This document shows positions 9,122 to 18,465 of a DNA stretch of 64,000 bases, in pieces. Made by a program: the position numbers and the translations under genes. Within the stretch, counting starts at the first letter, position 1. Each line of letters opens with the position of its first letter. The notes below the pieces were generated by a model. The model saw only the letters and a list, made by a program, of their open reading frames with translations. It had not been told where the DNA came from and did no database searches. The stretch is from Tepidisphaera sp. (GTDB lineage Bacteria; Planctomycetota; Phycisphaerae; Phycisphaerales; UBA1924): positions 2,752,001 to 2,816,000 of the forward strand of contig CP051526.1 of the NCBI GenBank assembly GCA_050916045.1, given 5' to 3'.

Positions 9122-9633
9122 GCATGAAGCAAGAGATCGCGGGTTTAGAAAAGATGACGGTGGGCCAACTGCAGGCCCGGTACGCCGAGGTCTTCGGCGA
9201 GGCGGCGCGGTCGGGCAACCGCCAGTGGCTCTTCCGCCGCGTCGCGTGGCGGATCCAGATGCTGGCCGAGGGGGACCTCTCCGAGCGTGCGAGGGAGCGA
9301 GCCCGCGATTTGGTCCGCGATGCCGATCTTCGCGTCCGCCCGCCGCGGGGGGCGGAGCACGCCGCACTGGCCGCCCAGCCCCAACCGGTCGGCCAGTTGC
9401 GGACGCTCTCCGGCAGGCTGTCGCTCAATCGCGACCCGCGTGTGCCGCCGGCCGGGAGCGTCATTCCCCGCGTCTTCAAGGGGCACGAGTACCGTGTGAT
9501 CGTGCTCCCGCACGGATTTGAGTACGACGGGCAAGTGTTCAAGTCGCTCAGCGCGGTCGCCCACGCGATCACGGGCTCGCACTGGAACGGCCTGCGCTTC
9601 TTCAACCTTGGCGAGCGGGAGAACGCGGAGTGA
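9118..9633 (+). CDS. DUF2924 domain protein (serine recombinase companion)
   Basis: LQARYAEVFG, RVAWRIQ, FEYDGQVFKSLSAVAHAITGSHWNG pattern; directly upstream of the recombinase. Confidence 0.85.
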   Translation: MSMKQEIAGLEKMTVGQLQARYAEVFGEAARSGNRQWLFRRVAWRIQMLAEGDLSERARERARDLVRDADLRVRPPRGAEHAALAAQPQPVGQLRTLSGRLSLNRDPRVPPAGSVIPRVFKGHEYRVIVLPHGFEYDGQVFKSLSAVAHAITGSHWNGLRFFNLGERENAE

Positions 9634-11201
9634 CCAAGCGACCAGCGGCAACCAAACGGACGGATCTCGAGGAACGTGCGGTGGTCCGCTGCGCGATCTA
9701 CACCCGCAAGAGCAGCGAGGACGGGCTCGAGCAGGACTTCAACTCGCTGGACGCCCAGCGCGAGAGCGCCGAGAACTTCATCGCCAGCCAGAAGCACGCG
9801 GGGTGGGTCTGCCTTCCCGAGAAGTACGACGACGGCGGGTTCACGGGCGGCAACATGGAGCGGCCGGCGGTGCTCCGCCTCATGGCCGACATCCAGGCGG
9901 GCAAGATCGACTGCGTCGTGGTCTACAAGGTGGACCGGCTCTCCCGGTCGCTGATGGATTTCGCGCGGATGATGAGCGAGTTCGAGAAGTTCAGAGTCTC
10001 GTTCGTTTCGGTGACGCAGCAGTTCAATACGACCCACTCGATGGGCCGCTTGACCCTCAACATCCTGCTCTCGTTCGCGCAGTTCGAGCGGGAACTGGTC
10101 AGCGAACGCACGCGGGACAAGATCGCTCTCGCCCGCCAGAAGGGGCGCTGGGGCGGCGGCCCGCCGATCCTCGGCTACGACATCGATGCCCTTCCCGGCG
10201 GCAACCGGCTGGTGGTCAACCCGCGCGAAGCAAAACTCGTGCGAGAGATCTTCGACCTGTACCTGGAATGCAGCTCGGTCCAGAAGACCATCCGGCGGCT
10301 GGACGAGCGCGGCGTCAAGAACAAGGCGTGGACGACCAAGAAGGGCGACGCAAAGGGCGGCAGCGGCTTCGAGAAGTCCACCATGTTCAAGATGCTGACC
10401 AACGTCACGTACATCGGAAAAGTCCGGCACAAGACCGAGGTTTACGACGGGCTCCACGAGGCGATTATCGATGAGGATGTGTTCCGCCGCGTCGGCGAGA
10501 CGCTCCGCGAGAACCGCGTGAAGGAGGGCAAGGGTTACAGCAACAAACACGGCGCGCTGCTCCGCGGGCTGGTGCGCTGCCGGGCGTGCGGCTGCGCGAT
10601 GGGCCACCACTTCGCCACCGACGGGCCTAAGCGCTACCGCTACTACGTCTGCCAGCGGGCTCAGAAGCGCGGCTGGAAAGAGTGCCCCGGGCCGTCACTG
10701 CCAGCGTTCGAGCTCGAGAAGTTCGTCATCGATCAACTGAGAGCGCTCGGCAAGGACGACGGGCTCGTCTCAGAGTCGGTGGTGCGTGCGCAGGAACGGC
10801 TCCGCGCTCAGGCCGAGGCAATGGCCACGGCGCGGGACACCGCCCGCGACCTCCTGGAGCAACGTCGCGTCGAACTGCGGGGGCTTTCAGAAGCGACCGG
10901 CGGGCGCAACGGCTCGGCAGCCCACGCGGGCGGCCTGCGCGAGGAGATCCGCAGGCTCGACGCCGAGGTGCGGAAGCTCGACGCCCGCATCAAGTCGGTC
11001 AACTCCCGCGTGCTCGACGAGGATGAGCTCTCCGGCGCAATTGAATCCTTCGACCCACTGTGGGAGCACCTCACCACGGTGGAACGCGAACGCATGGTCC
11101 AACTACTCGTGCGGCAGGTCGAGTACGACGCCGTCACCGAATCGATCAGCGTGACGTTCCACGACGGAACGTTCACCGACCCTGAGGAGAGCGACCAATG
11201 A
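9630..11201 (+). CDS. Large serine recombinase (integrase)
   Basis: AIYTRKS catalytic Ser, YDDGGFTG, VYKVDRLSRS, recombinase domain, Zn ribbon CRACG...YYVC...C, coiled coil. Confidence 0.93.
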   Translation: MTKRPAATKRTDLEERAVVRCAIYTRKSSEDGLEQDFNSLDAQRESAENFIASQKHAGWVCLPEKYDDGGFTGGNMERPAVLRLMADIQAGKIDCVVVYKVDRLSRSLMDFARMMSEFEKFRVSFVSVTQQFNTTHSMGRLTLNILLSFAQFERELVSERTRDKIALARQKGRWGGGPPILGYDIDALPGGNRLVVNPREAKLVREIFDLYLECSSVQKTIRRLDERGVKNKAWTTKKGDAKGGSGFEKSTMFKMLTNVTYIGKVRHKTEVYDGLHEAIIDEDVFRRVGETLRENRVKEGKGYSNKHGALLRGLVRCRACGCAMGHHFATDGPKRYRYYVCQRAQKRGWKECPGPSLPAFELEKFVIDQLRALGKDDGLVSESVVRAQERLRAQAEAMATARDTARDLLEQRRVELRGLSEATGGRNGSAAHAGGLREEIRRLDAEVRKLDARIKSVNSRVLDEDELSGAIESFDPLWEHLTTVERERMVQLLVRQVEYDAVTESISVTFHDGTFTDPEESDQ

Positions 11202-11668
11202 GCGCCGGCCTGACCATCACCAGCCAGATCCACTTCTCGATGCGCAACCGCGGCCGCCGCGAGATGAAGCCCGGGCCAGCGCCGATCACCGAGACCACGC
11301 CAGAGGGCAGCGTGCCGCGGGTGTCACGGTTGATGGCGCTGGCGATCAAGATGGACGGGCTGATCCGCTCGGGCGCGGTGCCCGACCAGGGCGATCTGGC
11401 CGCCCTCGGGCACGTCACGCGGGCTCGGGTGACCCAGATTCTGAACCTCACGCTGCTCGCCCCGGACATCCAAGAGGCGATCCTCTTTTTGCCCCGGGTC
11501 CGGCGCGGACGGGACCCCCTGCGGGAAACGCATCTTCGGGAGATTGCGGCCCTTGCCGACTGGTCAGGACAGCGCCGGAAATGGGCGCAAGTGCTTGGAA
11601 AATCGAGCGTTCCGACAGGTCATCCACGCGTCCGAGGAAAACCTGTGGAAGCCCTGTCATGTCCCTAA
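11198..11668 (+). CDS. Recombinase-associated HTH protein
   Basis: LAALGHVTRARVTQILNLTLLAPDIQEAIL motif typical of genes following DUF2924-recombinase pairs; ATGA overlap. Confidence 0.75.
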   Translation: MSAGLTITSQIHFSMRNRGRREMKPGPAPITETTPEGSVPRVSRLMALAIKMDGLIRSGAVPDQGDLAALGHVTRARVTQILNLTLLAPDIQEAILFLPRVRRGRDPLRETHLREIAALADWSGQRRKWAQVLGKSSVPTGHPRVRGKPVEALSCP

Positions 11669-11790
11669 CAATTGCGATTTGACACGGGTACCATGCGGAC
11701 CAACAGAACCCGCACAAACGGCTTCAGCGTGACGCCATCCGGGGGTTCAAACACGCTTCCGGCGGGCGGAGACCGTCGGGGAGGTTTCGT

Positions 11791-12960
11791 ATGTCGTCCA
11801 GCTTCAGATTGCGCCGTTTCTCAAGCCCGTCCATCCTCCGGCAAATCGACCCGGGCCTGCTGGTGAGGTTCCTCGCCGGGCACGCCGAGCGGTGGCCCGC
11901 GCTGCAGAAACTTTTGGCCGCCAGCCCGCTCAACATCGACCGTCTGGCGACGCTCCTCATCGAGCCGGGCGACGATGCGCCCGATCCCCTTCTCGATGCG
12001 CTGTTCTTCGTCGACGAACTCTCCGCCCCGGAGATGTACGAGGACCTGCTCGACGAAGCGCGGCGCGCGGCCATTCCCCTCGGTGAAACACCGAGCCTCT
12101 CACCGGCGGACCTGGCGGTTCGAATCTGGCTTGACGATCCCGAGGTGCTGCAGCGCTACCACGCCGAGCGGTACCTGATCCGCACCAAGAAGTTTGAGCA
12201 CTTCCCCAGCGTTGCCACGCATCTCCCGAGCATCCGCGGCGTGCAGGAGCAGATCATTCAGGGACTGCAGGAGGACCTTGACGCGTACTTCGAGACCCGC
12301 AAGAAGGGTCGCGGCTCGCGGGTCTTCCCGTTCGTGAAGGACGACGCGGTGTGGTTCCTTGTGCGGCATGGCGAGAAGCTGCGGCGCGAGGGGACCATCG
12401 AGAACGGTGAGTCGTCGAGCGTGTTCTACCGGCCCGAGAAATACGACATCGTGATCTTCGATCGGGCCTTGGGCGAGCTCGCGGTTCACGCGGACGCCAA
12501 GGGCGAGACCGAGGAGTACTGCCGCGCATTCGGCAAGCGGCTCTTCAACAGCGAGTCGATCTTCAGCACCGAGGTCAACGGGCGCTTTTCGCTTGCGCCC
12601 ATCATCGATCGCGGGCCCGACTGTCTGGTCTGCTCGGACGTGAACGGCATCGAGTGGGTGCGGCTGACCGAACTCCGCTGGCGGCACGATTGCCAGCAGC
12701 GCCACGTCGAGATCCACCAGGCCGACGATGTGTTTGCGGCGCTCGCCGATATTCGCCGGTCCATTCCCCGGTCGGCCACGCTGCTCAAGGCCGTGTTCAA
12801 GATCAAGTTCACGCACGGCGAGCGCCCGCGATCGGTGGCGATCAAGCCCCCGAACGCGGCGGTCTTCGATCGCGAGTCGGATGCGCCGCTGGTCCACGAC
12901 TGGCTTGCGCGTCGGCGTTTCACGCCGACCTTGCTGAGGGTGGTGGGAAGTGTCGCTTGA
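11791..12960 (+). CDS. Phage hypothetical protein
   Basis: 389 aa ORF with GGAGG RBS and GC-biased third positions; overlaps the next gene. Confidence 0.8.
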   Translation: MSSSFRLRRFSSPSILRQIDPGLLVRFLAGHAERWPALQKLLAASPLNIDRLATLLIEPGDDAPDPLLDALFFVDELSAPEMYEDLLDEARRAAIPLGETPSLSPADLAVRIWLDDPEVLQRYHAERYLIRTKKFEHFPSVATHLPSIRGVQEQIIQGLQEDLDAYFETRKKGRGSRVFPFVKDDAVWFLVRHGEKLRREGTIENGESSSVFYRPEKYDIVIFDRALGELAVHADAKGETEEYCRAFGKRLFNSESIFSTEVNGRFSLAPIIDRGPDCLVCSDVNGIEWVRLTELRWRHDCQQRHVEIHQADDVFAALADIRRSIPRSATLLKAVFKIKFTHGERPRSVAIKPPNAAVFDRESDAPLVHDWLARRRFTPTLLRVVGSVA

Positions 12961-13915
12961 TCTCTTCTGGCAGTTCATCGAAGCGCGGCCAACCGGCACA
13001 GCGGTGATGGCGGAATGGAGGGAGCGGTGCGGTTCGGCGCTGCCGGCGATCGAGCCGGTGCTCGCTCCCACCGCGTACCACGCCAGTGCTCACCCGGCTC
13101 CCAAGCCGGGCAGGCCGCCGCTGCGCGTGGTGCGCCATCGCAATGGGCAGCTGGTCGGGGTGTGCGACGAGGGGCGAACCGATCGCGTTGATCTCTCGCT
13201 CGACGATGTCGTGCTCCACGCGGTGAACCCGGGCGAGCTGAGACGGCAACTCTGCGTGGCGCTGAACATCAAGACCGCGCATGAAACTGCTGGCACACTG
13301 CCCGGATCGGTGCGACTTGGGCACTGGGAGCCTCGGCCCGCGCTGCAGATCCCGGTCTTCCTGATCGCGAGCCCCGATGAAGCAACTCTGCTGACGGCAC
13401 TGCACGAGGTGTTAGCAGGAGCCAAGAAGCCGCCGATCGTGCTCACGCCGGGACGGTCGCACTGGAGCGAGCCGGTGAAGGCGGCTGCCGACGCGGCGCG
13501 GGCGACGCTTGCTTCGCTCGGCGAGGTCGTCGCGGCCGACGGGGCCGCGTGGCGGGCCGCAGATGCGTGGCAGGCGTTCCAGTTCGGTCATCTTGAGCGG
13601 GCGGGGCTGGCGACGCCGGCGCAGATCCGTGCCGCCAAGCCAAAGAAGAAGCGGGAGTCGCGGGCTGCCGCGATCGACGGGCTCAAGCGAGAACTCCGCG
13701 AGCACCTGCGTTCGGCCAAGGCGCACTTCCACGCGACAGCCGAGCGGGGCGAGACCAAGCTTCTGCCGCGACCCGAGCAGCAGGACCTGGCCAAACGGCT
13801 GGGCATCTCGAAGGCGACCGTGACGCGCTGCCTCAACAAGGAGCCGGACGCCGAACTCAAGCTCCTGTGGTCGGGCGCGGACAACATCGACTACGTCCGC
13901 AAGTTCAGGGGCTGA
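12950..13915 (+). CDS. Hypothetical protein with C-terminal HTH (candidate regulator)
   Basis: 321 aa; C-terminal QQDLAKRLGISKATVTRCL helix-turn-helix. Confidence 0.8.
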   Translation: MSLDLFWQFIEARPTGTAVMAEWRERCGSALPAIEPVLAPTAYHASAHPAPKPGRPPLRVVRHRNGQLVGVCDEGRTDRVDLSLDDVVLHAVNPGELRRQLCVALNIKTAHETAGTLPGSVRLGHWEPRPALQIPVFLIASPDEATLLTALHEVLAGAKKPPIVLTPGRSHWSEPVKAAADAARATLASLGEVVAADGAAWRAADAWQAFQFGHLERAGLATPAQIRAAKPKKKRESRAAAIDGLKRELREHLRSAKAHFHATAERGETKLLPRPEQQDLAKRLGISKATVTRCLNKEPDAELKLLWSGADNIDYVRKFRG

Positions 13916-13922
13916 GCGGCTG

Positions 13923-14040
13923 GTTTCAGATCCGCTCGGTTTGTGAAACTGAAACTGAGAATCTTGCACGCTGCCCGGGCCGCAAACGCTGGCCCCGGCG
14001 GCGTGCTTGTGCATTTGGCGACGCGCGGTTTGTGAAACCG
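13923..14040. promoter_or_regulatory. Operator-like repeats upstream of the phage sigma gene
   Basis: CGGTTTGTGAAAC at 13937 and 14026, the second forming the palindrome CGGTTT-GTG-AAACCG; additional TGAAAC/GTTTCA half-sites at 13923-13955. Confidence 0.55.
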
Positions 14041-14105
14041 CCGCGGCGGGTACACGCGGTGCGTCGTGCACCGCATCGACCCATCCCCATCAAGGGAACC
14101 CGCCG

Positions 14106-14702
14106 ATGCCGACTCTTACCAACCCGTCCCGTCCGAATCCAGCTCCAGACGCGCCCAAGTGCCCCGCCGACCCGGCGTGCACCCTCATTGACCAGTACGC
14201 GATGGACCGCATCGAGTATCGCGTCGACCGTCTGCGGAAGGAGTTCGGCCTCAACGCGCAGGACGCCGAAGACCTGACCCAGGACATGCTCGCGGCGCTC
14301 CTGGCCAATGCCCCCCGCTTCGACGAGGCCAAGGCCACAAAGCGCACGTTCGTCTGCCAGGTGCTGGACTACTTCGTGCTGACGTTTGTGCGGAATCGCC
14401 GGATCCGCGACGGCCACTCGGCGATGCGGCCGCTCTCCTTCGACGCCGCCTTCGGCGAGGGCTGCCGCGAGTGCGTCCGCGACGACGGCGGCTCGGACCT
14501 CGTCGACCGAGCGGCACTGCGGATGGACATGGAGGCGGCGCTGGCTCCGCTTTGCCGGCGCGAGCGATTGATCGCCGAGGACCTCAAGCACTACGGGAAT
14601 GTCACGGACGTCGCGCGGGCCCGCACGATGGCACGCGGCAGCGTCTATCGCTGCGTCACGACGATCCGCGAGCGGCTGATCGAGAGCGGCATCGACGAGT
14701 AG
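14106..14702 (+). CDS. Phage-encoded ECF/sigma-70-family sigma factor
   Basis: Region 2-like DAEDLTQD...RFDEAKAT..TF and region 4 HTH NVTDVARARTMARGSVYR; ATG 14106 after AAGGGA. Confidence 0.78.
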   Translation: MPTLTNPSRPNPAPDAPKCPADPACTLIDQYAMDRIEYRVDRLRKEFGLNAQDAEDLTQDMLAALLANAPRFDEAKATKRTFVCQVLDYFVLTFVRNRRIRDGHSAMRPLSFDAAFGEGCRECVRDDGGSDLVDRAALRMDMEAALAPLCRRERLIAEDLKHYGNVTDVARARTMARGSVYRCVTTIRERLIESGIDE

Positions 14703-14734
14703 CGCGACACTTTGGGCGGGTCGTGCACATATAG
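14702..14734 (+). promoter_or_regulatory. Phage bipartite motif copy 2, upstream of the replication operon
   Basis: GCGCGACA-ctttgggcggg-TCGTGCACATATAG. Confidence 0.75.
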
Positions 14735-14881
14735 GGATCGTCCGACCGCGAGCCCGCCATGACCCCACGCACATCCAGCTCTTTCCGATGGCCGCTCGTC
14801 CGTCTCGGCCAGGGCGATTACGTCCGCGACATCTGGCCCGCGGACCTTGAACACCAGCACCAACACCACAACGGAGAACCC

Positions 14882-15709
14882 ATGAACGCATCGACCTTGA
14901 TGACGCAGATCCGCAAGGGACGCAGCCCCAAGCCCCGCCGCGTGATGCTTTACGGCACGCACGGCATCGGCAAGAGCACGTTTGGCGCGATGGCCGAGCA
15001 GCCCGTGTTCATTCCCACTGAAGACGGCCTTGGCGACATCGACTGCGAGTCGTTCCCGCTTGCCACGAGCCTCGGCCAGGTGATGGCCACGCTCGAGTCG
15101 CTCTACACGAACGACCACGGTTACAAGACCGTCGTCATTGACTCGCTCGACTGGCTGGAGCGGCTCATCTGGGCGGAGGTCTGCTCGGACAAGGGCGTCG
15201 ACTCGATCGAGGACATCGGGTACGCCAAGGGTTACACCTACGCGATCGACAAGTGGCGCGCCGTGCTCGGGGCGCTCGACGCGCTCCGCAGCGACCGCGG
15301 CATCGGCGTGATCCTCATCGCGCACGCCAAGATCGACAAGTTCGAGAACCCCGAGACCGAGCCGTACGACCGCTACAGCCCGCGGCTGCACAAGCTCGCC
15401 AGCGCGCTGGTGCAGGAGTGGTGCGACGAGGTGCTCTTCGCCACCTACCGCGTGCACACCCGCAAGGTCGAGGAGGGGTTCAACAAGGCCAAGCACCAGG
15501 GCATCGGAACGGGCGAGCGGGTCATCCGCACCACCGAGCGGCCGGCGCACGTCGCCAAAAGCCGCCTGCCGCTGCCCGAGGAGATGCCGCTCGATTACCG
15601 CGTCTTCGCTGCGTGCGTGCGCGGCGACGCGGCTCCAAACACCAACACCAGCACGACCGCCGAGTCTGTGACCTCCGCCGAAACCCCATCACCAGAAGAA
15701 GGAGCCTGA
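14882..15709 (+). CDS. AAA_24/Sak4-like phage ATPase (recombination)
   Basis: YGTHGIGKST, VVIDSLDWLE, ILIAH, EWCDEVLF; GGAG RBS at ATG 14882 (alternative in-frame ATG at 14759). Confidence 0.85.
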   Translation: MNASTLMTQIRKGRSPKPRRVMLYGTHGIGKSTFGAMAEQPVFIPTEDGLGDIDCESFPLATSLGQVMATLESLYTNDHGYKTVVIDSLDWLERLIWAEVCSDKGVDSIEDIGYAKGYTYAIDKWRAVLGALDALRSDRGIGVILIAHAKIDKFENPETEPYDRYSPRLHKLASALVQEWCDEVLFATYRVHTRKVEEGFNKAKHQGIGTGERVIRTTERPAHVAKSRLPLPEEMPLDYRVFAACVRGDAAPNTNTSTTAESVTSAETPSPEEGA

Positions 15710-15712
15710 AGC

Positions 15713-16183
15713 ATGGCAAGTCTGAACGGATTCAACGCCAACGAGGTCGATCCCAACGTGGCCTTCGAGCCGCTCCCGCCCGGGGAGTACCTCGCCGTCA
15801 TCGTCGCCTCCGAGATGAAGGCGACCAAGGTTGGCTCGGGCGAGTACCTGCAGCTGGAACTGGAGGTCATCGACGGAGCCCAGAAGGGCCGCAAGGTCTG
15901 GGACCGGCTGATGCTCAAGCACAGCAACTCGCAGACGGTGGCGATCGCCAAAGGCACGCTCTCGGCGCTGTGCCGAGCCGTCGGCGTGATGCTCCCCAAG
16001 GACAGCAGCGAGCTGCACAACCTGCCGGTGGTCGTGAAGGTCGCGACCAAGAAGCGCGACGACACCGGCGAGCTCACCAACGTCGTCAAGGGCTACGTCA
16101 AGAAGGGCGGCGCGTCACCGGTCGCGGCCCGGCCCGCGGCGGCGGCCACCGGCCCGGGGAGCACGCCTCCTTGGAAACGGTGA
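15713..16183 (+). CDS. DUF669-family ssDNA-binding-like protein
   Basis: FEPLPPGEY...GEYLQLELEV...GRKVWDRL, C-terminal PPW; follows the Sak4-like ATPase. Confidence 0.82.
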   Translation: MASLNGFNANEVDPNVAFEPLPPGEYLAVIVASEMKATKVGSGEYLQLELEVIDGAQKGRKVWDRLMLKHSNSQTVAIAKGTLSALCRAVGVMLPKDSSELHNLPVVVKVATKKRDDTGELTNVVKGYVKKGGASPVAARPAAAATGPGSTPPWKR

Positions 16184-16566
16184 GCCCCGGAGCCAGGTCG
16201 TTCGAGTTGCCCTACCCGCCGTCGGTGAACCACTACTGGCGGCGGGTTGGGCACGCGACGCTGATCAGCCGCGAGGGCCGGCGCTTCCGCAAGGCGGTGT
16301 GCTCGGCCCTCGCGGCTCGGCTGGGGCGTGATCCGCCGCTGGCCGGTCGCCTGGCCGTCCATGTCACGGTCTGCCCGCCCGATCGGCGGCGGCGCGATCT
16401 GGACAACGTGCAGAAGGCCCTGCTCGACGCGCTCGAGCACGGCGGCGTCTACCGCGACGACGCGCAGATCGACCTGCTGGTTGTCGAGCGAGGCCCGGTT
16501 ACTCCAGGAGGCAAGTCCCTTGTCCGCGTTGAAGTCATCACCCAAGCCCGACGCGCCGCCGAGTGA
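16180..16566 (+). CDS. rusA: RusA-family Holliday junction resolvase
   Basis: LPYPPSVNHYW, PPDRRRRDLDNVQKALLDAL, DDAQI; GTGA overlap start. Confidence 0.9.
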   Translation: MSPGARSFELPYPPSVNHYWRRVGHATLISREGRRFRKAVCSALAARLGRDPPLAGRLAVHVTVCPPDRRRRDLDNVQKALLDALEHGGVYRDDAQIDLLVVERGPVTPGGKSLVRVEVITQARRAAE

Positions 16567-16774
16567 CGAGCTGCACTGCTGTCTGTGTTGCGGCCGCGAC
16601 ACGCGGTCCAAGTTCCAGATCTGCGCCCGGTGCCTGCGCGGCCCGAGGACCGGGTGTTCGCGCTGTCTGGATGACGAAAGCCCGACCGCCGAGGACGACT
16701 ACTCGGAGGAGTCGGGACCCAACAGCGTGTACTGGGAGAGCGAGCAGCGGCGTGAGCGCGAGGTGAACCGTTGA
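16520..16774 (+). CDS. Small Cys-rich (Zn-finger-like) protein with acidic tail
   Basis: AGGAGG then TTG at 16520; CLCCG...CARC...CSRC; stop abuts the helicase start. Confidence 0.45.
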   Translation: MSALKSSPKPDAPPSDELHCCLCCGRDTRSKFQICARCLRGPRTGCSRCLDDESPTAEDDYSEESGPNSVYWESEQRREREVNR

Positions 16775-18465
16775 TGGAGCTGCGCCCCTACCAACTCGAA
16801 GCCGTGCGTGCGGTGTACGACCACCTGCGCTCGCGCGACGACAACCCGTGCGTGGTGATTCCCACGGGCGGCGGGAAGACGCCGGTGATCGCGACGATCT
16901 GCCGCGACGCCGTCGCGCACTGGAACGGCCGCGTCGTGATCCTTGCTCACGTCAAGGAGCTGCTCGAGCAGGCAGCCGACAAGCTCAGGCACATCGCGCC
17001 CGACGTGCCCATGGGCATCTACTCCGCTGGCCTGAAGCGCAAGGACCTCGGCTATGCCGTCACGATCGCGGGCATCCAGAGCATCTGGAAGAAGGCCGCC
17101 GATCTGGGGCCGGTCGATCTGATCATCGTCGACGAGGCGCACATGGTGCCCGCCGAGGACGACGGGATGTACCGCCAGTTCATCACCGACGCCAAGGCGG
17201 TGAACCCGCTCGTTCGGATCATCGGGCTGACCGCCACGCCGTACCGCATGAAGTCTGGCTCGATCTGCGGTACTGAAAACATCCTCAACCACGTCTGCTA
17301 CGAGGTCGGCGTGCGCGAGCTCATCGTGCAGGGCTTTCTGTCGCAGCTCAAGCCCAAGGCGGGCCGCGAGAAGGTGAGCACCGATGACCTGCACGTCCGC
17401 GCCGGCGAGTTCGTCGCCAGCGAGGTTGAAGATCTCATGGACAAGCAGGGCTTGGTTGAAGGCGCGTGCGCCGAGATCGTCGAGCACACCAAGGGTCGGC
17501 AGGCCACGCTTATCTTCTCGTCGGGCATCCGGCACGGCCAGCACATCGTGGAGGTCCTCAAGGCCAAGCATGGCATCGAGTGCGGGTTCGTCTCCGGCGA
17601 CACGCCCGACGGCGTGCGGAGTGCCATCCTCGGCCGCTTCCGCAGGGGCAATCTCAAGTACCTGTGCAACGTAAACGTGCTCACGACCGGATTCGACGCT
17701 CCGCACATCGACTGCGTGGCGCTCGTGCGGCCGACCATGTCGCCGGGCCTGTATTACCAGATGGTTGGAAGGGGCTTCCGGCTGCACCCGGGCAAGACCG
17801 ACTGCCTCGTACTGGACTTCGGCGGCAACGTGATGCGCCACGGCCCGGTGGACGCGATCCGCATCGACGAGCCCGGTAAGGGCAACGGCGAGGCTCCCGT
17901 GAAGGAGTGTCCGGAGTGCCACGCTCTCATCGCCGCGGGCTACCAGATCTGCCCCGAGTGCGGCCACGCGTTCCCGGAGCCCAACAAGCAGAAGCACGAA
18001 GCGCAGGCCAGCACCGAGGGCGTGCTTTCCGGCCAGGCCACGCGCGAAGAGCACCGCGTCAGCGAGACGACGTACCACGTGCACATGAAGCGCAGCGACC
18101 CCGCCGCTCCGCTGACCATGCGCGTCGAGTACCGCGCCGGCTTCAACCGCTACTTCCGCGAGTGGGTCTGCTTTGACCACACCGGCTACGCGCGGACGAA
18201 GGCCGAGGCATGGTGGCGGGCCCGCTCGGCCGAGCCGGTGCCGGAGGGCACGGAGCACGCGGTGGAGTTGGCCGAGGCGGGGGCGCTTGCGCACACGCTG
18301 GCGATCACGGTTGAGAAGAAAGCGGGCGACCAGTACGAGCGGATCGTCGCGTGCCGCCTCGGCGACAAGCCACCCCGGCTCGACGACCCCGACGCCGCTC
18401 CCGAATACCGGCCCGCGCCAGCGGGCACCACGTACGGCATCCCCGACGACGAGATCCCATTCTGA
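16774..18465 (+). CDS. SF2 DEAH helicase (RadD/YejH-like) with Zn finger
   Basis: LRPYQ, PTGGGKT, DEAH, TATP, TTGFD, QMVGRGFR, CPEC..CPECG. Confidence 0.92.
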   Translation: MELRPYQLEAVRAVYDHLRSRDDNPCVVIPTGGGKTPVIATICRDAVAHWNGRVVILAHVKELLEQAADKLRHIAPDVPMGIYSAGLKRKDLGYAVTIAGIQSIWKKAADLGPVDLIIVDEAHMVPAEDDGMYRQFITDAKAVNPLVRIIGLTATPYRMKSGSICGTENILNHVCYEVGVRELIVQGFLSQLKPKAGREKVSTDDLHVRAGEFVASEVEDLMDKQGLVEGACAEIVEHTKGRQATLIFSSGIRHGQHIVEVLKAKHGIECGFVSGDTPDGVRSAILGRFRRGNLKYLCNVNVLTTGFDAPHIDCVALVRPTMSPGLYYQMVGRGFRLHPGKTDCLVLDFGGNVMRHGPVDAIRIDEPGKGNGEAPVKECPECHALIAAGYQICPECGHAFPEPNKQKHEAQASTEGVLSGQATREEHRVSETTYHVHMKRSDPAAPLTMRVEYRAGFNRYFREWVCFDHTGYARTKAEAWWRARSAEPVPEGTEHAVELAEAGALAHTLAITVEKKAGDQYERIVACRLGDKPPRLDDPDAAPEYRPAPAGTTYGIPDDEIPF

